NCBI GenBank assembly: GCA_025594325.1
Contig: JANHCV010000001.1
Location: 1,054,001 to 1,118,000 of the forward strand
DNA length: 64,000 nt
Reading direction: 5' to 3'
Source of the DNA: Blastocladiella emersonii ATCC 22665
Lineage: Eukaryota; Fungi; Blastocladiomycota
Position numbers and translations under genes: made by a program. Shown here in pieces: positions 1 to 11,009 of this stretch (positions are counted from its first letter, which is position 1; every line of letters begins with the position of its first letter). The notes below the pieces were generated by a model that made no database searches, was not told where the DNA came from, and saw only the letters and a program-made list of their open reading frames with translations.

Positions 1-370
1 GCCACACCTCAACCTTGTCCTCCACTCGACTCCTCACCTCACCGCAGTCAAGTGCGGTTAATCCCTGACGCTACCCGCGCCGCCCGCGATGCTTCGGATC
101 CGCTCATCTGGAGGTCGCCGGGACGAACAAGGGAGCAGAGCACGCCATCGCGCGTGAAGTGCCGGCCATGGCCGCGGTCGCTGACCGCCGACGACGGCGG
201 CGCCGCCGCCCAAGTGTGGCACAGCGCCCAACGCCGACCTTATCGATAACCGCTCCTCCTCTGTGCTTTCTCGCGACCCTTTTCGCTCGCGTGCCGCGTT
301 TTCTCATTGGTCGAGCACCACATGATCGCGACGCAAGGGCTATATTTGGCGACTACGCGTGCTTCGCGGC

Positions 371-1981
371 TCAGTCGCGCGACGACACGGCGCGGTCGAC
401 GCGGGCGCGGTCCCACGGGCAGAGGCCACGCGCCTCGAGGCGCGACCAGCACGCGGTGCAGATCTCGTGTCCGCACGGCTCGAGGACTACGGCAGAGCTC
501 GTTGGTTAGTTGGTGGATGACGGCGAGGTGGTGGGATGAGGAGGCGTACCGAGATTTGGCGCGACGGCGCAGCAGATAGTGCACTTCTCGGGCGAAGCGG
601 GCGGTGCTGGCGCCGGCGCTGGCGGCGGTGGAGCCGACGGGGATGCAGGCACGACGGTGGTGGTGGAGGTGGTCGACGCCAGACGCGTGTACCGCTCGCG
701 AATCTCCTTGAGCTTGGCCTCGTACTCGGCCGTCGCCGCCGCGAGCTCCGCCATCATGGCCTCGGCCAGGTTTGCTGCTGGTGTCGCGGCTGGCTCGATC
801 TGGGTGACGGCGGGGGTCGCGGGCTCGACGGGTAGGTTCACGGGCGCGGTATCCTCTTCGGCTCCGGTTGGCACCGCTTCGGGCGGCGGAGCCACTTGTA
901 CAACAGCTGCTGGCCGAGGCGCGCTCTGGATCGCCTCCGCCAGCACATCGAGCGCGCTTGCGACGTCGCTGCCGCCATCCTCATTGACCCGCGACGGCAC
1001 CAGCTGCAGAAACACGGTCTCGGCGACGCAGAACGCGAGGAAACACGGCTCGTCGACGGGGTACTTGCGCCGCACGTCCGTCACGTCGGCGACCGAGAAC
1101 CGCCACGCGGCGGGCTGCGAGTCAAGGACCGAGGTGCCCGCGTACTCCAGGTGGCCGGTCTCGGTCACGGCAATCGAGCCCGCCGACGCGATGGGCGTGT
1201 GGCTGAAGCAAAGCGTCCACGCGATGCCGTCAGCTGCTGACAGTGGTGGTGCCGCGTCCTCGACGGCGACGCGGTACGCCGCGAGGCGCGCGAGCATTCG
1301 CTCCAGCGATTCCTCGGGCGTCTTTGAGTCGTCCTCAACCGTCTTCGGGTTGCCCTCGCGCAGGCTGCGCTCCTACGGTACGCCGTAGGTCAGCATCCAA
1401 TGGTCTCGCTTACGGCGACGCGAAGAAGGGAACCGTACAATGGCCTCGTCTAACTCGCACGCCTCCTCGATGGCCCGCGCGGGATCGTACCCGGACGGGT
1501 CCGCGTTGCGTCGTCGGGATGGAGTCGACGATGAAGCCTCGGTCGAAGACGACGAACCCCCAAAGATCCGCGCGAGGAACGCTTTCGCCTCCTCGTCGCT
1601 ATCCCGATCGCTGTCGCTGTCGCTGTCATACAGGTTGGTTGAAGCAGCGTTCGGTGCAGGATTGAGCGGCCACGTGCGTAATGGCAACGGCGGCAGCTGC
1701 GGGGATCCTTGTGAACTGTCGTCGCCCCCGTTGGCCCCGACCCGCCGCCGTTTCGCAGGAGAGGGCCCAGAAGCAGCCGACGCGGCCGCAGCGGATGCGG
1801 CAGCAACAGCAGCAACAGCAACGTCAACTGCAGCAGAAGTAGCAGCAGCAGCCGCGGCTACGGAAGGCGAGGCCCAGACGTTCCCCACGCCGTCGCGGTC
1901 ACCCTCGGCCACGCTCGACCACAGCCGCGCCCGCGAGCGCGTCGGCGTTGCCGTGACGGATTTGGGCGTCGATTGCTTCAT
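371..1981 (-). CDS. RING-finger protein, probable E3 ubiquitin ligase, with a UIM-like motif and a PH-like middle domain; 3 exons
   Basis: Introns 1373-1438 (GTACGG..GCTGAC..CCGTAG) and 487-549 (GTACGC..CTAAC..CCGTAG) join ORFs 1373..2107 and 506..1297 to a final exon. This gives CTICCAVAPNLVLEPCGHEICTACWSRLEARGLCPWDR (C3HC4-type RING, last ligand Asp) and ELDEAIERSLREG (UIM-like). The start ATG at 1981 is uncertain. Confidence 0.75.
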
Positions 1982-2127
1982 GTCATGCGTTGCATAGAGT
2001 ATCTCACTGATTGCATTGGTTTCGAGAGGATGCAAGAGAAGAAGGGATCGACGTCCGACTGGGCTCGGCCTCCGTCGTCGTCGTCGTCTCCATCGCGCAG
2101 CTCGCATACTCCATGACCATGATCTAT

Positions 2128-4295
2128 CTATTCCGAGCGCGACTCCCCCGCCGCCTCGGCGCCGTACAGCTCGTCAAAGTACGCGTCGTCCACCGCCGTC
2201 CCTGCCGCCGTCGTCGCCGCCGCGTGGTGGTCGTGGTAGTGGAACCCGCGCGCGGACTCTATCTCCGAGTCGGACAGCGAGTGCTCGGACGTGCCGGCGG
2301 CGGACCGCGGGTTGCCGATCCGGCTCGACGTGATGCTCTCGACGACGGACCGCGCCGTGCTGCTCGTCGTGCTCGCGTCCGACGCGCGCCGCGGCCGCCA
2401 CGGGGCAGAGGGCATGGCCAGATCGGTTTCGGGCCCGCCCGCGTGCGTCGCGAGAAGGTCGGGGTTGCTGCCGTGGTACGGCGGCACGAACGCGGCGCCG
2501 AGCGGCGGAGACCCGGCGTCCCCGCTGCCGACGTCGAGCTCGTCGCCCGCCTCGTTGCCGTCTTCAGGGGCGCCGCCCATCGCGTGGTGGTGCGAGTGGT
2601 GATGGTGCTGGTGCGGGAGCGGCGCGAACCCGACGTGGTGGTGATGATGGCGGTGCTGGCGCGCGGCGTGGTGGTGCGGCGGCGAGAGGGTGTCCGCAAA
2701 GGCCGCGCCGGGCGCGACGCCCAGACCGGGGCCGCCGAGAACGAGCTGGGTGTCGAGCCCCTCAGCGAGCTCGCGCGCGGCGAGATCGTCGGTCGAGTCC
2801 CACGACGACAGCGAGTCGCCCGAGATGGACCACGTGTCGTTGGACCGGCAGGAAGCGGCCGACGACGACGACACGTCCGACATGGCGAAGAGCGGGGACG
2901 CCTTGGGCGCGGTGAACGTCGACGGCGCGTGGTGCTCGAACTGGCCGCCCGCGGTATCCCACTGGTGCAGCTGTCGCCGCCACTGTCGCAGCTGGCCCAT
3001 CCAGCTGCGGCTCGAGCAGTTCTGGTACTTGTCGGGCGTGCGCGGGTGGTGGTGCAGGCGCTGCTCCCTACACGGTTAGCGAGAGTGTTAGCCATCGTCG
3101 CACACGATCCAAAAAGAGAACCAGCGTACTTGGGCACCGCGGCGAGGTAGTTCTGGTACCCGAGCGTGTTCTTGCCGTAATCGAGCTGCTTCTGGCGCTG
3201 CGCGAGCCGGTGCTCGATACTCGCGGGCGCAGTCCCCATCCGCGGCCGCTCGCGATCCGGTTCCGCCGTCCCACTCGTCACCGCTGCGACCGTGGACGTG
3301 GTCGCCGTCAGGTCGGACGCGCTCGACGCAGCCGACGGCGCGACCGAGTCGGGGCTTGTAGGTTCCCCGCTCGACCCGTTGGGCGACGGCGCGCCGAACG
3401 CGTCGATCGACGACGACTGGGGCGGGAAACTCGGGATCCGCGTGATCGAGTGGAACCCGCCGTTTCCGCGCGCGGCACCACGGCCGCCGCGAGCTCGGGT
3501 CCCGCGACCGCCACGCCCACCCCGCCCGCGGTACCCGTTCGGCGGCGGCGGCTGGTAGCGCGGGTCGTACAGGGCGGGCGCGGGCCCGAGAAACGCGTCG
3601 TGCGCGGCGCTGGGCGGGAGCGCCGGCGCGAACGCGTAGCTGGGCGGCGACAGCTGGCCCGGGCCGAACATGATCGGGGCCGGACCGCCCACAGCGAAGC
3701 CGGGCGGCGGCGCAGGCGGGGACAGCTGCCCAACGCCAAACACGATCGGGCCGGCGGGACCGCCCGAGGTCGGCAGCGGCGGGGCGAACGTGAACGCGTT
3801 TCCGCCCGGTGGCGCAAGCTGCACTGGTGCAGGTGCCGACTTGGGGTAGAACTCGGGCGCGTGCGCGAGGGCTTCGAGTCGCGCGGCAAACGACGACGCG
3901 GGCGGCGTGACGGGCGGCGCGGGCGACTCGGCGGGGGTCTCGGTGCGCGACCGCGGGACCGGCGTGGCGTCGTCGTCGATCTCTTCCTCGGTGCTCTCCG
4001 CGCCAGCGGCGGCGGCAGTGTCCAGCTTGGGCGCGCGCTTGGCGGACCCGCGGGTCGCGGCGGTCCCGCTCGGACTGCCGGACGACGAGGCCGTCTGCGC
4101 CTTGGGCGTCACGGGACTCGTGTAGGAGCTCCGTCCGCGGGAAGTGCTGCCCTTGGTGGGAGTCGACGGCGTCCTCGCGGCGGCGGCGGCGGGCGAAGTG
4201 GAGGCAGCCGCCGCGGCAGAAGAACGCGGCGGCGACGTGGTTGGTGGATGCATTGCGGGTGGTAGACCAGGTTGCATGGGCAGACTATGCTTCAT
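2128..4295 (-). CDS. SLBP: Histone RNA stem-loop-binding protein (SLBP-like); 2 exons
   Basis: Removing intron 3068-3129 (GTACGC..GCTAAC..GTGTAG) gives RLAQRQKQLDYGKNTLGYQNYLAAVPKEQRLHHHPRTPDKYQNCSSRSWMGQLRQWRRQLHQWD. This matches the SLBP RNA-binding domain (RQKQI.YGKNT..Y..Y; TP.K; SRRSWD.Q...W...LH.WD). Flanks are low-complexity. Confidence 0.88.
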
Positions 4296-4506
4296 GGAGA
4301 CCTAAAGAGGAAGAGGGAGAGAGAGAGGAGCGAAGACGAGGCGCGCGCGAGCAGGCCGTCCGCGGCCCGACCGTCGCCCGGGACATGAACGGCGCGGCGT
4401 CTTCTTCCTGTCCGCAGCTCGTGACCCGTTGCCCTGAACATGCGCTCCTGCTGGAATGATCATGTATTTGCATGCGCGCGAGGCCATCAACGGAACCGAG
4501 CGGACC

Positions 4507-6356
4507 TCAGAACTTGAACTCACGGCGCTTAGACCCGCGCTCGTCGACGCGGCGCTTCTTGCGGGCCGCCTCGTCGCCGGCACCCTGTGCGCCGGGCATG
4601 GGCGTCTCGGTCTCGGTGCCGGGCGCCGGCCGCTTGCGGATGTCGTACACGTGTTCGGATCCGAGGAGGCCGGACCGGTTCGCCGACGACGTGGGCGCGC
4701 GCTCCTCGATCACCGTGTACAGCTCGCGCGGGCCCTGGTCCTCGGTGCGCGCCGCCGCGGCAGCGGCCCTTGCGGCGGCCGCGGCGGATCCCTTGCGCAG
4801 GTCGAGGTCGTCGGGGACCGCGGGCGTGACGAGCCCCTGAACAAACTCCTCGAGCTCGAGGTCCGCCTCCTCGTCGTCGTCGGCCTCGGCGCCGCCGCGA
4901 CCGTACGACGTGATCGGGAGCGTCTCAGGCTCGGGCGCGCGAGCATGGACGGGCGCGGCCCCGCGGGCATCCTCGTCACCCACCGCCGCCTCCTCGTCGT
5001 CCTCCTCGTCGTCGCCCGAGATGCGGTCCTCGTCCTCGTCCTCCTCGTCGTCGCTGTCGGCCTCGGGGATCTCGCCCCACGCCTCGCGCGCCTGGATGAG
5101 CTGCTGCTGGATGGCCTCGCGGTACGCGGCCATGGGGTCGAAGGCGGTGCCGTACACGTCGCCGTACAGCGGGCGGCCGTACTCGTCGACGGGTGGCTTG
5201 CCCCAGCCGCCGGGGTGGAACCCCCAGGATGCGCCGGGCGGGATGGGCGCGTTGAGGCCCGGGATCTTGAGTCCCGGGTAGCTGGGCGGCGGGCCGTGGC
5301 GCTGCATGTTGGCGAGGTACGGCGGCGGGGCGTGCGACGGCATGTTGAGGGCCTCGCGCAGTGCCGGCGACAGGGGCGCGCCTGGGCGCACGTTCTTGAG
5401 CTTGGTCTCGAACTCGCGGCCCTCGTAGTACATTTCGCCGTACGCGGTCATGCTGGGCTTGGTCTGCCACTTGAAGAAGGCGTCGTGCAGCTTGCCGTAG
5501 TCGAGGACCAGCTTGCCCATCTTGGGCTGGGTGCGCTCGCGCGTCTTCTGCTTGAGCCGCGCGTCGCCGTCCTTTTCGGCCTGCGTCTCGCGCATCTCGA
5601 GGATGCCCGTGGCGATGATGAAGTCGGGCAGCTTGAACGGGTCCTTTTCGAGCCCGCGCTTGTTCTGCAGGTACTTGCGCTTCTGCGACCAGTGCACGGG
5701 CACCGGCACCGTGTTGCGCAGCGACTTGATGGCGACCAGCAGCGTCGGGTCGGTCGCCGTCACGTCGACCCAGTCGACCACCTCGGGCCGGTCCACCAGC
5801 TGCTTGAGCTCGGCCACCGTCAGCCGCGCCGCCTTGCGCAGCTTGCGGTTGCTCATTCCGCCCTCGCCGTCGTCGCCCTCGCCGTCGTTGTCCGAGTCCG
5901 AGTCGGATTTGGCGCCGTCGCCGTCCGCGTCGCCCGCCGCCTCGGTCTCAGGCGCAGCCTCCTCGATGACGGGCTCGAACTTGGCGAACACGGACCCAAA
6001 GTACTCGGCCAGCTCGCTGCTGCCGTCAATGGCCGGCGTCTCGGCGACGTACTCGATCTCGATGCCCTCGGGCAGCGGTTCGGGTGCGCGCTACACGACA
6101 ATGGGCGATCAGTTGCCAGCAATTGTGACGGCACACATTAGACAAGCCGTACGTGCTCATCCTCATGCTCGTCTTTTCCCTGAGCTGCTGCGCCACCCGC
6201 CTTCTTCTTACGACGACGGCGCTTCCCGTTCGCGTCGCGCTTGGCGCCCTTGCCGCCGCTCACCGGTCCGTCGGCAGCGGGCGCGGCGCCGTTGGCACGT
6301 GGTGTTGGTGCATGGGATTGCGTTGCGCCTTGTGGCAATGCCGTCGCGGCAGTCAT
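4507..6356 (-). CDS. SF3B2: U2 snRNP splicing factor SF3B2/Cus1; 2 exons
   Basis: Motifs MSNRKLRKAARLTVAELKQLVDRPEVV, VPVPVHWSQKRKYLQ, QPKMGKLVLDYGKLHDAFFKWQTKP, PSP domain PPPYLANMQRHGPPPSYP and C-terminal EFKF. Intron 6091-6152 joins the 6138..6356 ORF (IEIEYVAE follows). Confidence 0.95.
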
Positions 6357-7270
6357 GGCAGATGCGTTTGGGGGTCGCTGCTCGGTGACCGTCGCGCGGC
6401 TCGAAAGCGGGCTCGACCGACCGCGCCAAAACCGCGGCGGCCGGCATCAGCTGACCGCCACACGCGAGGAGAAACGCGGTTTTCGCTCACGCGCGTGAGC
6501 TCGGAGATCACTGCCCGATCACGCATCCCACCCGGCCGCCAGCGTGCTTGCCCGAACGGCCACCAGAGCGGAGACGGTGACGCAAGACTGCTTGCACGCT
6601 GGATTGCACGAGGCCGTCGCTGCGCGCGAGTCTGTCCGCATGCGAACGCCGCTCGCTCGCGTTGCGCGCGCAATCCTCGGTGTGAAGCGGGCCCCGACGA
6701 GGACCGTCCCGCGTGACGCACTGCATCCGTTCTCAGAGGGACGAAGAGCGCGATGTTCTTCGCCGTGGGAACGTCGAACTTGCATGAACCGCGAACTCAC
6801 CGGTTCACGGCGCGCGTGGGCCAGCCGACCCGACGGCCGCGAGGAGAGATGCACGCGCCCGGTGTCCGCCCGACTTGGCAAACCAGGGCCGGATCCGCGC
6901 GCGTGGCAGTTTTTCCGTGAGAACCATTGACGGAGTCGTCTCGCGCGCGCGCGTGCGCGGACGCCGTGTGAATCGCGAAGCGGCCGGGCCAGATCACACG
7001 CGGGATCAATCCGCTGCAATCTGGTCCCCGCGGCGCGCGTGCAATCGCGCGCTTCTCCGCTCTCTGCTCGTCACCCGACCCGCCAAGCGATGGATGCACG
7101 CGACAACATGGACTTGAACGATGAATGCGACCTCACGGATGGGAATCGTCGCGCCGAATCATGAGATCTACCCGCGCGCAGCGGCCAACGTCACAACTCG
7201 GTGCGGCGCGCGGTCGGACCAGATCTGCTCGCTGCTGCTTCTTCGTCGAACACACGGCGACGGCGCCGCG

Positions 7271-7278
7271 ATAAATAG
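7271..7278 (+). promoter_or_regulatory. TATA-like element upstream of the subtilisin gene
   Basis: ATAAATAG about 100 bp before the ATG at 7372 in otherwise GC-rich DNA, followed by a pyrimidine-rich leader. Confidence 0.4.
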
Positions 7279-7371
7279 CGGCCGTGCCCCCGCACCTCTC
7301 CTCTGATCCAGCAGCGTCGTAGACCGAGCAGAGCCCTCCCCGCCCTGCCCTCGCCCGACCCACGCATCACC

Positions 7372-8994
7372 ATGACCCGCTCCTTCTCCGTCCTGGCCCT
7401 CGTGGTCCTGGCCCTGGCCCAGCTCACGGCCGCCGCCGTCAACGTCGAGAACAAGTACATTGTGACCCTCAAGTCGACCTCGGACCAGACCGCCTTCACC
7501 CGCAAGCTGCACGTCGCCATCGCCACCGAGAACTCCAAGGAGTCGGTCTCGGTCGAGCACAAGCTCGAGCGCAACTACAACATCGAGGGCATCTTCAAGG
7601 GCTACGCCGGCCAGTTCTCGGCCGACTTCGCCGCCCGCCTCAAGAAGGACCCCAACGTCGCCTCGGTCGAGCCCGACGCCGAGGTCAAGGCCCTCGGCTC
7701 GCAGGCCGGCGCCCCCTGGGGCCTCGTCCGCATCTCGCAGCGCGAGAAGAACCTCTCGGCCCCCTACACGTACCCCGACTCGGCCGGCGCGGGCGTCACC
7801 GCCTACGTCATCGACACCGGTATCCTGATCTCGCACCCCGAGTTCGAGGGCCGCGCCTCGTGGGGCGCTACCTTCTGCGACGGCTGCCCCGACACTGACG
7901 AGTACGTTATTTTCTCGCTACTGTGCGTGCATGGCGGCTATACTGTGCCTCATCCGAGTGATCGGGAGCGGTGGCCGCCGTGCGACGCGTCGCGACGCGT
8001 CGTCTTGAGCAGAAACTCACCCCCCGCTCGCTCCCTACCCCCTCTAGCCAGGGCCACGGTACCCACTGTGCCGGAACCATCGGCTCCAAGTCATATGGAG
8101 TTGCGAAATCCGCGTCGTTGAAGGCGGTGAAGGTCCTCAACAAGGACGGCAGCGGGTCGTACGCCGGCGTCATCTCGGGCATCGAGTGGGTCGCCAACCA
8201 GGTCAAGCAGTCGGGCAACACCCAGGTCGTCGCCTCCATGTCGCTCGGCGGCCCCAAGAACGACGCCGTTAACAAGGCCGTCCAGGCCGCCATTACCGCC
8301 GGCGTCACCTTCACCAGTACGTTTCATGTGGTGGTGGGCTCGGGCCTCTGATTTGACTCTGGAAACTGACTCACGCGTGCCTCTCTTGTTTCTCCACCCC
8401 TCCCCTCCCTCCCCACTCCAAAAACCGATAGTCGCCGCGGGCAACGAGTCGCAGGACGCGTGCAAGGTGTCGCCGGCGTCGGTCCCTGAGGCCATCACCG
8501 TTGGCGCGACCGAGAACACCGACGCGCTCGCCTCGTACTCGAACTTTGGCACGTGCGTCGACGTGCTCGCCCCCGGCACCGGTATCCTCTCCACCTGGAA
8601 CAACGGCAAGACCAACACCATCTCGGGCACTTCGATGGCAACGCCGCACGTCGCAGGTCTTGTCGCTCTCGTCCTGTCGGAGAACCCGGGCCTGACGCCG
8701 GCGCAGGTCGCTGCCAAGATCTCGGCGGCGGCGACGACCGACAAGATCACGGGCGTCAAGGGCTCGCCCAACAAGCTCATCTTCAACGGCGTCGCTCCGC
8801 CCTCGTCGTCGACGACCACGGCCACGTCGACGTCGACCAAGACCGCCACGACCACGACCACCGTCGCGCCGACGCCGACCAAGACGGCCACGACCACGAC
8901 CACGACCCGCCCGACCCGCACCCCGACGCCCACGCCGACGCCGACGCAGGACCCCGAGGACCCCGAGTGCCCGTGGTGGTGGCCCTGGTGCTAA
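7372..8994 (+). CDS. Secreted subtilisin-like serine protease (S8A, proteinase K type) with I9 propeptide and Thr/Pro-rich C-terminal tail; 3 exons
   Basis: Signal peptide, I9 prodomain and catalytic triad VIDTG / DDQGHGTHCAG / GTSMATPHV, with oxyanion AAGN. Introns 7902-8047 and 8317-8431 restore the frame. Confidence 0.95.
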
Positions 8995-10369
8995 GCGGTG
9001 AGCGGTGAGCGGTGATTCGGTGCCAGCAACAAGCTGGACCCGCGCCGTTTGCGCTCGCGCTGCTTCTCGCTGTTCTCTCCTCTCCCTTCATCCCCACCTT
9101 TTTGATCCCACCCGCACCTCGCTCTCTCGCAATCCCCTCGGCAACAGTCTAGATGACACCCACCCTCCCTCTCCCGCACGATCCCTTCCCTCCCTCCCAT
9201 TCTAAGACCAGATATATCTAGAAGACCCTCCCGAGGGGGCCATCTCCTTTTTGCTTTTCACCCTCTTGTCTTGCCCGCTGGTTTCACGACGCAGCTCTCT
9301 CTCGTATGCACTGGGAAAGAAAGAAAGAACGATTGATCGACCGCACGTCCATGGTTCATCGCCCGCCAATCTGAGCGGGCTCGCGAGGTGATGGACAGCG
9401 TCACGTGTGTGGCGCAACGCGTCTCGCGCCGCGAGAGAGAGACAGCTCGCGTGCGCTCAGACGGATCTCGCTTGGGTGTGTAGGAAGCAAGTCACGCCGC
9501 GTCAAAAAATACATGGCAGCGGGCGTGGATCAAGGCCCCAGCGGCCACGAAGAGGAATCTCGGCACCGATCGCAATCATGCGGGAGTCCTCGGACCCGCG
9601 CACTCCTCGCCCCGCGCACAAGGCTCACCTGGGCTTGAGCGAGTGTTTGATGGGGCCGACCGCGACCGCTATCAAATAAAAGATTAAGGAGTACGCTTTT
9701 TCGGGGAGAAAAGACGAGGAGCGAAGCAAGCAAAAGGGTGCTCGCTGCACTTACAGCCGGATGCCCGCCGCGTGGATCAAGTATCGAACGTGGGACGGCG
9801 TGCCCTTGAGCGTCCTTTTCAGGTAGCCCGACCAGCGCAGCGGCGATGACTACGTACTCGCTTAACACCAAGTACGGGCGCGAGCTAGAGGGGTGGAAAT
9901 GCATCGTGATCCCGCGGTGGTCATGTCACGGGCCGGCCGCCTTGCGCCGCCACTCGGTCGATCGCGGCGGCGCCGCCTTGAACCGAGCCGGATGCTTCAA
10001 TTTTGCCCTACTTACATTATTACGTTATCCACGAAGCATGGAAACCAAAGAACGGGAGTCGGTGCAACCCCTCCTGGCCCTCGGTCACGTTGTGTTGACG
10101 GATCCGCACCTGCGCGAGCGTTGATCCGGGTCCCAGACCTCGCGTGAGCGTGAGTGCCGCTTGCCGCTGAGGTGGTTCCCGGCATGGGGGCGAGAACGAC
10201 GCGGGCGGGCGGGCGGGACACACTACTCGGAGCCTCGGATATCGTGCCCGCTGGTTCTCCTGCAGCTCAACGGATTTCAGGTAATCTCCACGGGTCGCCG
10301 TGGAGCCGCTAGCATCGGCTCGCTGACGGATGCGGACGCGAGTCAAGCGATCACACCCAGAGCAACTCG
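8644..10369 (+). repeat. Left arm of a 1,726-bp near-perfect inverted duplication
   Basis: Position x pairs with 22845-x throughout; mirrored ORFs in the track translate identically. Only two internal mismatches were noticed (8655/14190, and one turning FDPTRT into FDPART). Confidence 0.97.
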
Positions 10370-10556
10370 CGAGGTCTCATGAGCCTCGAAGAGGAAGACC
10401 GAGCTCGAGAAACTTGTGGAACTCTTTGCGCCAGTTGTCAGTTTTGGCGAACGTGCACCGAGGGGCGAGCTCGCCACCTAAGAGCGTTGGGTATAACTTC
10501 CCGCGCTCATACTTCATCGTTTGAATGGGCGAATGAATGCGATTTATACTCCAAAA

Positions 10557-11009
10557 TCAGTACAGCTTCCCGCCCACGACCGCGTCAGGGCGGTCGGGCC
10601 GCACCAGGACCACGTTGCCGTCTTCACCAGGCACGCCGAGCGTGAGCACCTCGGACATGAACTTGCCAATCTGGCGCTTGGGCAGATTGACCACGGCGAG
10701 CACCAGCGTCCCGATGAGCGCCTCCCGCGCCTCGGCCGTGGACCCGTAGTTGGCCACAATCTGCGCTGACGATTTCTTGACGCCGAGCTCGCCGAGGTCA
10801 ATCTGCAGCTTGAGCGCTGGCTTGCGCGCTTCGGGGAACTCGTCCACTTGAAGAATCCGACCCACGCGGATGTCGAGACCAGCAAACGGGTCAATGGGCG
10901 CCGGCTTGGCCTTCGCGGCAGGCTTGGTCGCGGCGGGCGCCAGCGCCGGGCTAGTCGCAGGAGCAGCGGGGGCGGGACTGTTGCTGGACGTGGTCGGCGT
11001 GGCGGTCAT
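10557..11009 (-). CDS. csaA: CsaA-type tRNA-binding/export-chaperone OB-fold protein, intronless, with an Ala/Pro-rich N-terminal extension
   Basis: IDPFAGLDIRVGRILQVDEFPEARKPALKLQIDLGELGVKKSSAQIVANY...AVVNLPKRQIGKFMSEVLTLG...VVLVRPD carries the CsaA-subfamily signature (EFPEARxP, SSAQI, VVNxPxRxI, SEVLxLG). ATG 11009 is preferred over the upstream TTG at 11138. Confidence 0.88.
   Translation of the reverse strand: MTATPTTSSNSPAPAAPATSPALAPAATKPAAKAKPAPIDPFAGLDIRVGRILQVDEFPEARKPALKLQIDLGELGVKKSSAQIVANYGSTAEAREALIGTLVLAVVNLPKRQIGKFMSEVLTLGVPGEDGNVVLVRPDRPDAVVGGKLY

Noticed and set aside
1373-1375. In-frame TAG between ORFs 1373..2107 and 506..1297 as a stop-codon read-through site
   Set aside because: It is the 3' splice site of a canonical 66-nt intron (GTACGG..GCTGAC..CCGTAG).
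4456-6141. Long antisense or alternative-frame ORFs (also 2011..3150, 23911..24867, 25194..27176, 32813..34756, 45960..47231, 57077..58909)
   Set aside because: They are shadows of strongly GC3-biased real genes on the other strand or frame, rich in Arg/Gly/Ala/Val and without motifs.
9005-10346. Many short ORFs that appear twice (e.g. 9846..10124 and 12721..12999)
   Set aside because: The duplication just reflects the inverted repeat. They lack the host codon bias and have no recognisable domains.
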